From the NCBI GenBank assembly GCA_023954375.1, contig JAMLIC010000006.1, forward strand, positions 146,972 through 210,971: a DNA stretch of 64,000 nucleotides, written 5' to 3'. Every line of letters starts with the position of its first letter. Within the stretch, counting starts at the first letter, position 1. Source of the stretch: Planctomycetota bacterium. GTDB taxonomy: Bacteria > Planctomycetota > J058. This document shows positions 56,428 through 64,000 of this stretch, in pieces. The position numbers were made by a program, and so were the translations under genes. The notes beneath the pieces are model-generated. The model did not search any database. It saw only the letters and a list, made by a program, of their open reading frames with translations, and had not been told where the DNA came from.

Positions 56428-58149
56428 TCAGCGCACGCGCGTCAGGGGCAACGCGGCGCGCAGGCGGTCGAGGCCGCGCCGGGCAGGGCCGTGGACGGTC
56501 AGGCGGCGGAGGGTGGGGTGACCTTCGAGGGCCTGGGCGAGGTCGTCGGCGTCGAGGTTCGAGGTGAGGAACAGCTCGCGCACGGGCGCCGTCTGGAGGC
56601 GCGCGACGCCCTCGGCGTCGAGGGAGGCGCCGCTCACGAGGCCCAGGCGCCTGAGGCGCGGCAGGCCCGCCAGCCAGCGCAGAGTCTCGTCCCCGATCCG
56701 GCCTGCCAGCGTGACGGCGGTCAGGCCGGAGAAGGCACGGAGGGGCGCGAGCATGGTGTCGTCGACCGCCTGGCCCCGGACCTCGAGCTCCTCCAGCGCC
56801 TGCAGCCGGGCCAAGTGCGCCGTTCCAGCGCGGGTGAAGCTCCCCTCCGCCGAGAGCGAACGGAGGCGCGCCAGCCCGGAGATGGCGGCGAGGCCGTCGT
56901 CGGTGAAGGCGGTGTGCCGCAGGCGCTCGAGGGCGCGCAGCGCGCCCAGCGTGCGCCCCTGGACGTACTCCGTGGCGCCGAGCGTGAGCGTCGTCAGTCG
57001 CGGGAGCGCCCCCAGGCCGGCGAGCCCCTGGTCCGTGATCAGGCCGGGGCCGCCCATGTAGTCGTAGCCCGTGAGCTCGAGGTGCTCGAGGGTCGACGCG
57101 CGCGAGAGCGCGCTGAGCGCCTGGTCGGTCAGCTCGCGCGGCCCGCGCAGCCGGAGCGCCCGGAGCGGCAGCGCGTCGGCCCAGGCGGCGACCACGTCGT
57201 CGTCGAGGCGGTAGCAGCCGATCAGCGTCAGATCGCGCAGGGCGGGCGCCCGCGCGAGGTGCGCCGCGCCGGCCCGGGTGAGGTCGTACCACCAGGCGAG
57301 CTCGAGGCGCTCGAGCGCGGGGAGCGCGGCGACGTGAAGGAGGTCCTCGTCGCACATGTCGCTCCGGCCGAAGACGCCGAGCGCGAGGGCGCGCAGGCGC
57401 TCGGCGCTGGGGAGGGCGCGCACGTGGGCGAGCGCGAGCTCCGGGTTCTCGCTCAGGTCGAGGGCGTCGAGCTCCGGGAGCGCGGCGATGACGCGGAGGT
57501 CGGCAGGCTGGAGCCCGGCGTCGCGCAGCCTGAGGTCCCGGAGGCGCAGGTGGTGGGGGAGGCGCGCCAGGCGGGGGAGGAGCGCGCTTCGGTCACGGCG
57601 GCCCACCGGGGACTCGAGCCAGAGGCGCTGGAGCGCAGTCGCCGACGCGGCCTCGAGGACCTCGTCGACGTGCACCGGGTGCGCGCTCTCGGCAGGGAGC
57701 TCGAGCCCGCGGAGGTGCGGGAGGGGGCCGACGGCGCGCAGCGCCCGGAGGTCGAGGCTGGCGCGCGACCCCCCGGCGGCTTCGAGGAGCTGGACGCTCG
57801 CGATCCGCAGCCCCGGGACCCGCGCCGCTCGCACCAGGTCGCCCGCCGCGCGCAGGTCGTCCGTGGACGACGGCTCGACCGTCACGCCCCACACCCTGCA
57901 GGCCGGCAGGTCGACCGGCCCAGGACCCCAGCCGAGCGTCACCTCGCGCCCGTCCGGGAGGACGGCCCACACCTCGAGCGGCAGCGGGAGCGTGACCTGC
58001 CGCGCGGGCTCGACCTGCGCGTCGAGGAGCTCGCTCGGCGGGGCGAGCCCCGCGCGGCGCATGCCGTCGACCGCGGCGGCGAGCGCCGCCTGGTCGCTCG
58101 GGTCCGCCCGCCAGCGGCGTTCGTGCGTGCGCCAGTCCTCGTCGGCCAC
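56428..58149 (-). CDS. leucine-rich repeat (LRR) protein
   Basis: ~20 LxxLxLxx(N/T)xL-like repeats (LRALRLRGPRELTDQALSALSRASTLEHLELTG...); N-terminal ERRWR motif shared with 10125..10763. Confidence 0.8.
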   Translation of the reverse strand: MADEDWRTHERRWRADPSDQAALAAAVDGMRRAGLAPPSELLDAQVEPARQVTLPLPLEVWAVLPDGREVTLGWGPGPVDLPACRVWGVTVEPSSTDDLRAAGDLVRAARVPGLRIASVQLLEAAGGSRASLDLRALRAVGPLPHLRGLELPAESAHPVHVDEVLEAASATALQRLWLESPVGRRDRSALLPRLARLPHHLRLRDLRLRDAGLQPADLRVIAALPELDALDLSENPELALAHVRALPSAERLRALALGVFGRSDMCDEDLLHVAALPALERLELAWWYDLTRAGAAHLARAPALRDLTLIGCYRLDDDVVAAWADALPLRALRLRGPRELTDQALSALSRASTLEHLELTGYDYMGGPGLITDQGLAGLGALPRLTTLTLGATEYVQGRTLGALRALERLRHTAFTDDGLAAISGLARLRSLSAEGSFTRAGTAHLARLQALEELEVRGQAVDDTMLAPLRAFSGLTAVTLAGRIGDETLRWLAGLPRLRRLGLVSGASLDAEGVARLQTAPVRELFLTSNLDADDLAQALEGHPTLRRLTVHGPARRGLDRLRAALPLTRVR

Positions 58150-58215
58150 GGGCGAAGGATGACAGCGGCCGTGCGCCCTCGCCCGCCGCCGGCGCGGGCG
58201 CTATCGTCGCCGAGC

Positions 58216-61200
58216 GTGACCCCCGACCTCGAGCAGGCGCTCCTCCGCCACGCCGTCGGCCGCGGCCTGCTCACGGCGCCCCAGGCGCAGCGCGCGCTCG
58301 AGGTCCAGGCGCGCGAGCGCGCGCAGGGGCGGCCGCAGGACGTCCTGACCGTGCTCCGGCGCCTCGGCCTCGAGCCGGAGCTGCTCGCGGCCCTCGAGCA
58401 GGAGGCGCGGCGGCTCGCGCCGGCCCAGCCGGTGGCGGCCACGCTCGACGCGCCGCCGCCGGTGGCGTCCACGCTGCACACGCCGCCCCCGGGCCCGACC
58501 CCGCTCCGCGCCGACCCGCTCCTGGGCCAGGCGGCCGCGGCGTACGCCCGCGCGGCCGCGGCCTGCCCGCGCTTCGCGCCGCACGCCGAGCACGCGCTCG
58601 AGCACGTCGGCGCGCTGGGCGAGGGCGGCATGGGCGTGGTCCTGCGCGTGAAGGACCGGCGCCTGGGCCGCGAGGCCGCGCTCAAGCTCATGCGCGACGC
58701 GGCGGACCCGGGGAGCGTCGCGCGCTTCGTGCGCGAGGCCGAGCTCACGGCGCGGCTCGACCACCCGGCGATCCCGCCCGTCTACGAGGCGGGCGTCGAC
58801 GCGCGCGGGCGCACCTACATGCTCATGCGGCTGATCGACGGCCAGCCGCTCTCCGAGCGGATCGCGACGTTCCACGCCGCGGGCCGGCCGCCGGCGCTCG
58901 AGCGCGAGCTCCTCGAGGCGCTGGTGAAGGTCACCGAGGCCGTGGCCTACGCGCACTCGCAGGGGGTGATCCACCGCGACCTCAAGCCGGCCAACGTCAT
59001 GGTCGGCAAGTTCGGCGAGGTCCTCGTCATGGACTGGGGGCTCGCGCGCGACGCCCGGCGCGCAGACGACCTGCCGCGCGCGGCCGGCGGCGACGCGCCC
59101 GGCCACGACGCGCCCGCGGGCCCGGGCCTCACGCAGGCGGGCGCGACGCTGGGCACGCCCGGCTACATGCCGCCCGAGCAGATCGGCGGGGGCGAGCGGG
59201 TCGACGCGCGGGCGGACGTGTTCGCGCTCGGCGCGATCCTCACCGAGGTCCTGACGGGCCGCCCGCCGGTGACCGGCACGACCGTCGTCAACATCCTCAC
59301 GCACACGGTGGCGGGCAGGATCGAGCGGCCCCGGAGCCGGCGGCCGGACGTCGCGCCGGAGCTGGACGCGATCGCTGCCCACGCCCTGGCCCCGGACCCG
59401 GCGCACCGCACGGCCGCGGCGGCGGCCTTCCTGCAGGACCTGCGGGCCTACCTGGCGGGCGAGCCCGTGACCGTGCACCGCTACTCCCTGGGCGAGCGGC
59501 TGGTGCGCGCCGCCCGGCGGCGGCCGACGCTGCTCGTGGCCGGCGCCGCCGGCCTCCTGCTCGTGACCGTCGCGTCGTGGGCCGCCGTGTGGGTCGCGCG
59601 GACCGAGGAGCAGGCGGCCGGGGCCGAGCGCAGGGCGCGCGAGGCGGCGCGCGCCCAGGCGGTCGAGGCGGCGGCCGACGCGGCGGGCGAGGCGCGCGCC
59701 CGGGCGACCGAGGCGCCGGCCGAGGCTCGCCTGGGCCTCGGGCTCGGGTGGCTGCAGGCGGCGCAGCGCTGGCGCGACCTGGCGCCCGACGACGCCGCGG
59801 CCGGCCGCGAGCAGGTCGACGCGGCCCTGGCCCTGCACCGCACGGCCCTCGACCAGGAGCAGTGGGCGCTCGCCGGCCAGGTGCTCGACCGGGCCCGGGG
59901 GCTGGGGCGTGACGGCGAGGTGGACGAGGGGCTCGCCCGGGTGGCGGAGCGCCGCGACGCGGCGGCGCTCCGGCGGCGCGCGGCCGTCGAGGCGACGCTC
60001 GCGCGCGTCGAGTCCGGCGAGGCGCGGCGGCGCCCCGACGGGCTGGCCGAGGCGGTGTTCGAGGTGGTCCGCCACGCCGACCCGGGGGTGGTCGAGTCGC
60101 TCGCGCAGCGCCTGGTCCAGGTCGCCGTCGCGCTGAGGGAGGTCGAGCGCGCGGCGCTGCTCGAGGGCCTCGACGAGGGCCGCGCCGCGGCGCTGCGCGA
60201 CGCGCTCGACAGGTGCGACGCCGCGCCGCTCGACCGCGACCCCCCCGACGCGGCGGCCGAGGCGGTCGAGCGGGCCCTCGCGCGTCTCGACGAGCGCCAG
60301 CTCGCTGGCCGGGCCCGGAGCGCCTTCGAGGCCCGCCCCGCCCTGAAGGCGATCGCCGCGCGGCAGGGCGAGGAGGCGGGCGAGGGGGCGCTCGACCTGG
60401 CGCGCGTCGCCGCGCTCGCGCTCGGCCGCGTGGGGCTCGCGGACGGGTCATGGCCGCCGCCGCTGGTCGCCCAGGTGGTCGAGGCGCTGGGCCGCCTCGC
60501 GCTCGTCGCCGCGGACGAGCCGCTGGCGGCCAGCGCCGGGCGCTCGCTCAGGCGGATCGGCGGGGCGCCGGCGCGCCGCCTCCTCTCGCGCGCGCGGGCC
60601 CGGTTCGGGCCCAACAGCGCCTACGCCCGCCAGGTCGCGTCGGAGGTCACCGCCGACGACGGCGGCGACGAGGACGACCTCCCGGCGGCGCCGACCCCCG
60701 CGCGGGCGCTCGCGCGGCGGGCGCAGGAGCGCCTCGAGCGCGGCGACCTGACCGGCGCCGACGCCGACGCGGCGAAGGCCCTGACCGCGGCCGCCACCCC
60801 GGAGGACCGCGCGCACGCGCTCGAGGTCCGCGGGGGCGTGCGGCGCGCGCGCGGCGATTTAGCGGGGGCGCGCGCCGACCTCGAGGCCGCCCTGCGCGAC
60901 GTCCCGGGCCAGGTGGTCCTGCACGTGAGCCTGTCCAGGCTGCTGCTCGAGGCGGGCGACCCGCTCGCCGCGGAGACCGCGGCCGAGGCGGCCCTGCGCC
61001 TGGACGGCCGCTGCGCGGCGGCGCTGGTGAACCGCGGCGAGGCGCGGCGGCGGCGAGGCGAGGTCCCCCGCGCGCTGGAGGACCTCGAGGAGGCGCTGCG
61101 GCTCGAGCCGGAGCTCGTCGAGGCGCTGGCTGGCCGGGGCCTGGCCCGCGCGGCGCTGGGGGATCACGCCGGCGCGCGGGCCGACCTGGACGCGGCGCTG

Positions 61201-62190
61201 GCGCGCGACCCGCAACGGGCGCCCCTGTGGGTCGCGCGCGCGGTCCTGCGGCTGACCGCCGGGGACGCGCCGGGCGCGCGCGAGGACGCCGAGCGCGCGC
61301 TCGACCTCGACCCGCGCGAGGCGGGCGTGCGGTACGCGCGCGGGCTGGTGCGCCACGCCCAAGGCGACGCCGCCGGGGCGAGGCGTGACCTCGACCAGGC
61401 GCTCGAGCGCGACCCCGGCATGGTCCCCGCGCTCCTCGCGCGCGCGCGCGCCCTCCACGCCCTCGAGCAGGCCCGGCCCTGCGTGCGCGACCTCGACCGC
61501 CTCCTCGACCTCGCCCCGGCCGTGGCGGAGGGGTGGGGGCTCCGCGCGAGGGTGCGCTTCGACCTGGGTGACCTGGAGGCGTCCGCGGCCGATGCCGACC
61601 GCGCGCTGGCGCTCGACGACGCGCAGCCCGACGCCCTGGCCGTGCGCGGGCGGCTTCGCGGGCTGCGCGGCGACGTCGCCGGCGCGCGGGCGGACGCCGA
61701 GGCCGCCCTGCGGCGGGACCCGGGGCACGTCGAGGCGCTCCTGCTCCGCGCGGAGGTCGCCCTCGCGGCCGGCGACCTGCACGCGCTCGGTGGGGCGGTG
61801 AGCGACGTCCTGGCGCGCTGGCCCGACGAGCCCAGGGCCTACTACTTCCGCGCGGCCGCCCGGCAGGCGCGAGGCGACCTCCAGGGCGCGCTCCAGGACC
61901 TCGACCACGCGCTCCGGCTGCGGCCCGGCTCGGTCGAGGTGCTGTGCGCCCGGGCGGCGCTGCGGCTCAACGCCGGGGAATACGCCCCGGCGCTCGCGGA
62001 CCTCGACCTCGCCCTGCAGGTCCAGGCCGACCACCCCCTCGCCCTGGCCTACCGCGGACAGGGGCGCGCCGCGGCCGGCGACCGCGCCGGCGCGGTCGCC
62101 GACCTGTCGCGCATGGTCGAGCGCCACCCGGCGCACGCGCTCACCGCCCGCTGCCGCGAGGTCCTGGAGGCCCTGCGGGCGGGGCGTTGA
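58216..62190 (+). CDS. Ser/Thr protein kinase with HEAT/TPR-repeat C-terminal region (~1320 aa)
   Basis: GTG start; LGEGGMGVVLRV, HRDLKPANVMV, DWGLAR, GTPGYMPPE; C-terminal ~10 TPR-like units (ADLEAALR.DP / ARADLDAALARDP ...). Confidence 0.85.
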   Translation: MTPDLEQALLRHAVGRGLLTAPQAQRALEVQARERAQGRPQDVLTVLRRLGLEPELLAALEQEARRLAPAQPVAATLDAPPPVASTLHTPPPGPTPLRADPLLGQAAAAYARAAAACPRFAPHAEHALEHVGALGEGGMGVVLRVKDRRLGREAALKLMRDAADPGSVARFVREAELTARLDHPAIPPVYEAGVDARGRTYMLMRLIDGQPLSERIATFHAAGRPPALERELLEALVKVTEAVAYAHSQGVIHRDLKPANVMVGKFGEVLVMDWGLARDARRADDLPRAAGGDAPGHDAPAGPGLTQAGATLGTPGYMPPEQIGGGERVDARADVFALGAILTEVLTGRPPVTGTTVVNILTHTVAGRIERPRSRRPDVAPELDAIAAHALAPDPAHRTAAAAAFLQDLRAYLAGEPVTVHRYSLGERLVRAARRRPTLLVAGAAGLLLVTVASWAAVWVARTEEQAAGAERRAREAARAQAVEAAADAAGEARARATEAPAEARLGLGLGWLQAAQRWRDLAPDDAAAGREQVDAALALHRTALDQEQWALAGQVLDRARGLGRDGEVDEGLARVAERRDAAALRRRAAVEATLARVESGEARRRPDGLAEAVFEVVRHADPGVVESLAQRLVQVAVALREVERAALLEGLDEGRAAALRDALDRCDAAPLDRDPPDAAAEAVERALARLDERQLAGRARSAFEARPALKAIAARQGEEAGEGALDLARVAALALGRVGLADGSWPPPLVAQVVEALGRLALVAADEPLAASAGRSLRRIGGAPARRLLSRARARFGPNSAYARQVASEVTADDGGDEDDLPAAPTPARALARRAQERLERGDLTGADADAAKALTAAATPEDRAHALEVRGGVRRARGDLAGARADLEAALRDVPGQVVLHVSLSRLLLEAGDPLAAETAAEAALRLDGRCAAALVNRGEARRRRGEVPRALEDLEEALRLEPELVEALAGRGLARAALGDHAGARADLDAALARDPQRAPLWVARAVLRLTAGDAPGAREDAERALDLDPREAGVRYARGLVRHAQGDAAGARRDLDQALERDPGMVPALLARARALHALEQARPCVRDLDRLLDLAPAVAEGWGLRARVRFDLGDLEASAADADRALALDDAQPDALAVRGRLRGLRGDVAGARADAEAALRRDPGHVEALLLRAEVALAAGDLHALGGAVSDVLARWPDEPRAYYFRAAARQARGDLQGALQDLDHALRLRPGSVEVLCARAALRLNAGEYAPALADLDLALQVQADHPLALAYRGQGRAAAGDRAGAVADLSRMVERHPAHALTARCREVLEALRAGR

Positions 62191-62204
62191 CCCCGCTCGC
62201 TCCG

Positions 62205-62978
62205 TCAGCGCCCCGCCCGCGAGCGGCGGTCGGCCTCGATCCGCGCCTGGAGCCACGCCGGGTCGGGGAGGAGCGCGCGGGCGCGGCGGCCGGCGACGAC
62301 GTCCCACGTGACGCCCGAGTTCACGCCCACGAGCGCGCCCGTGCGCAGGTCGACGAGCGGGCCGCCGCTGTCGCCGCCGGCGAGCGGGACCGAGTGGCGC
62401 ACCTCGAGCACCGCCGGCTGGCCGGGGCGCGCGGGGGGGAGGCGCGTCGTCTCGAGCACGCGCCCGAGCCCGACGTGGCCGCGGAGGCCGCGCGGGAAGC
62501 CGGCGCAGAGGACGTCGGTCGCGCCGGCGGCGGCCTCGAGCGGGGCGAGGTCGAAGGGCTCGAGGGCGAGGCCCTCGACGTGGAGGAGCGCCAGGTCGGG
62601 GTCGTCCTCGCCGGGCCGCACGGGGAGCCACACGACGCGGGCGCGCCGGGGGCGGGCGAGGTCGAAGAGCGCCTCGGCCTGCGCCGGGTCGGCGCGCCCG
62701 TCGACCTCGACGACCTCGACCCGCCCCTCACGCACGACGTGGGCGCAGGTCAGCAGGTAGCCGTCGGAGGTCACGGCCGCGGCCGTGCCGTGGTGCCGCC
62801 AGGGGCCCGCGGCGCCGCGGCCGCGGACGAGGACGAGCGAGGTGCGCGCGGCGAGGTGCTCGCGCAGGCGCCGACCCTCGTCGGGGCCGAGAGGCTCGAG
62901 CGAGGCGACGCGCTCGGCGAGCGACGCCTGCAGGCAGCCGGGCGCGAGGAGGGCGAGGGCCAGGAGGGCCGTGCGCAT
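62205..62978 (-). CDS. trypsin-like (S1/chymotrypsin family) serine protease, lipoprotein/secreted
   Basis: Start trimmed to MRTALLALALLAPGC; His TCAHVV, Asp DLALL, Ser GDSGGPLV catalytic triad context. Confidence 0.8.
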   Translation of the reverse strand: MRTALLALALLAPGCLQASLAERVASLEPLGPDEGRRLREHLAARTSLVLVRGRGAAGPWRHHGTAAAVTSDGYLLTCAHVVREGRVEVVEVDGRADPAQAEALFDLARPRRARVVWLPVRPGEDDPDLALLHVEGLALEPFDLAPLEAAAGATDVLCAGFPRGLRGHVGLGRVLETTRLPPARPGQPAVLEVRHSVPLAGGDSGGPLVDLRTGALVGVNSGVTWDVVAGRRARALLPDPAWLQARIEADRRSRAGR

Positions 62979-63020
62979 GCGCGCAGCGTAGCAGACGGCG
63001 CGCGAGACTCTGACGCCGAT

Positions 63021-63032
63021 GTCACATGTGAC
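63021..63032. promoter_or_regulatory. perfect 12-bp palindrome GTCACATGTGAC (13/14 as TGTCACATGTGACt) in divergent spacer between protease and membrane-protein genes; candidate operator
   Basis: Direct reading; spacer is lower-GC than flanking genes. Confidence 0.35.
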
Positions 63033-63159
63033 TGGCAGCGCCCTCGTGTACGGCGCGGGGTCGTCTGCACCCGCACAGGCGAGGCGCTCACCGCATCCGC
63101 TTACGAACGAGCCCTCGACGCCGTTCCCCGATCGAGCTCGAGGACAGTATCGTAGTAGA

Positions 63160-64000
63160 CGTGACGGACGCCGAGGCCGAGTCACGGTTCACCGCGGCCC
63201 TCTGCGTGACGGGCCTGCTGCTGGGCACGCTCTTCTTCGCCGCCTCCCTCGGCCCCTCGCTGCTGCCCCGGACCTGGGGGATGCAAGGTGTCCTCTCCGG
63301 CTCCGCGCTGGCCATCGGCTACGGCATAGGCGTCTACGGACGCCGGCTCTGGCATTGGCTGGAGCTCCCCCGCCTCGGTGCGCGCGCACACTCCGTCGCG
63401 GTGATCGTCGCCGGCGTCATCTGCCTGGGGGTCATGATCGCGTTCCTCTGGAACGCGGCGACCTGGCAGAACTCGGTGCGGGCGCTGATGGAGCTCGATC
63501 CCGTCGACAGCGCACACCCGTTCCGGGTCGGCGGCATCGCGGGCCTCGTCTTCGCCGGCCTGCTCGCCGTCGCGCGCCTGTTCCAGGTCACCTGGCGCTT
63601 CTTCGCGCGCAAGCTGAATCGCTTCATCCCCCGGCGCATCGCCGTCCCGGCCGGGGTGGTCGCGGCACTGTTCCTGTTCTGGACCGTCGTCGACGGCGTG
63701 CTGTTCAGGCAGATGCTCCGGAGTTTCGACGCGTCCTTCCAGCAGCTCGACGCCCACATCGAGGCGGAGACCGCGCCGCCGGCCGAGCCGTGGCGGACCG
63801 GCAGCGCGGCCTCGCTCGTCGCCTGGAAAGACCTCGGCCGGCAGGGGCGTGAGTTCATCACGGCCGGGCCGACCCTCGCCGACCTGCAGGCCCGTTTCGG
63901 GGAAGGAGCACGGCCACCGCTTCGGGTCTATGTCGGGCTGGGTTCGGGTGCGACCATCGCGGACCGCATCCGCCTGGCGATGGCCGAGCTGGACCGCGTC
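63160..64000 (+). CDS. hypothetical membrane protein, partial (continues past window end)
   Basis: Own translation from GTG 63160: VTDAEAESRFTAALCVTGLLLGTLFFAASLGPSLLPRTWGMQGVLSGSALAIGYGIGVYG...; 4-5 TM helices; very high GC3; not in ORF track (no in-window stop). The 63019..63852 track ORF in another frame is junk. Confidence 0.5.

Noticed and set aside
59297-60614. Minus-strand ORFs (384 aa, 377 aa) inside the 58216..62190 kinase
   Set aside because: They are Arg/Pro/Ala junk antisense to a gene with unambiguous kinase and TPR motifs.

Overview
This is a very high-GC chromosomal segment, about 72-75% GC with near-saturated GC3 in real genes, and its gene content is typical of Myxococcota. 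Because of the GC bias, most long ORFs in the six-frame track are wrong-frame artefacts rich in Arg, Gly, Ala and Pro. Real genes were separated from these using GC3 periodicity, protein-like composition and recognisable family motifs.

Gene content:
- Five eukaryotic-like Ser/Thr protein kinases: one with a TPR-like helical tail, two with TPR tails, one with a HEAT/TPR tail and one with a WD40/beta-propeller tail.
- An LRR protein, a PilZ-domain protein and many lipoproteins.
- A glutaryl-CoA dehydrogenase - etfB - etfA - rpiB - fused E1 alpha/beta dehydrogenase gene block.
- cinA, two DagK/YegS-type lipid kinases, the CCA-adding enzyme, a Dus-family synthase and an ABC-2 exporter.
- A two-component cluster made of a PAS histidine kinase, Cu/Zn SOD, a receiver protein, a small coupled ORF, a hybrid kinase and a second receiver protein.
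- Four paralogous small proteins that each combine a zinc-ribbon with transmembrane segments.

Features of note:
- A circularly permuted tRNA-Arg(ACG) at 23341-23481 (minus strand). Its 3' half lies upstream of a 6-nt linker and its 5' half. Joined in the right order the two halves give a fully canonical 73-nt cloverleaf. The whole unit is bracketed by an 11-bp inverted repeat, no CCA is encoded, and the cca gene is adjacent.
- Two composite microsatellite arrays, (GGGAGC)n followed by (GGCYTC)n, flank a four-helix-bundle gene as direct repeats.
- Three apparent frameshifts inside otherwise intact genes, each in a GC-rich low-complexity tract (two kinases and the PilZ protein).
- A tightly coupled 52-codon ORF upstream of the hybrid kinase that is absent from the ORF track.
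- Several strong palindromes and hairpins in intergenic DNA.
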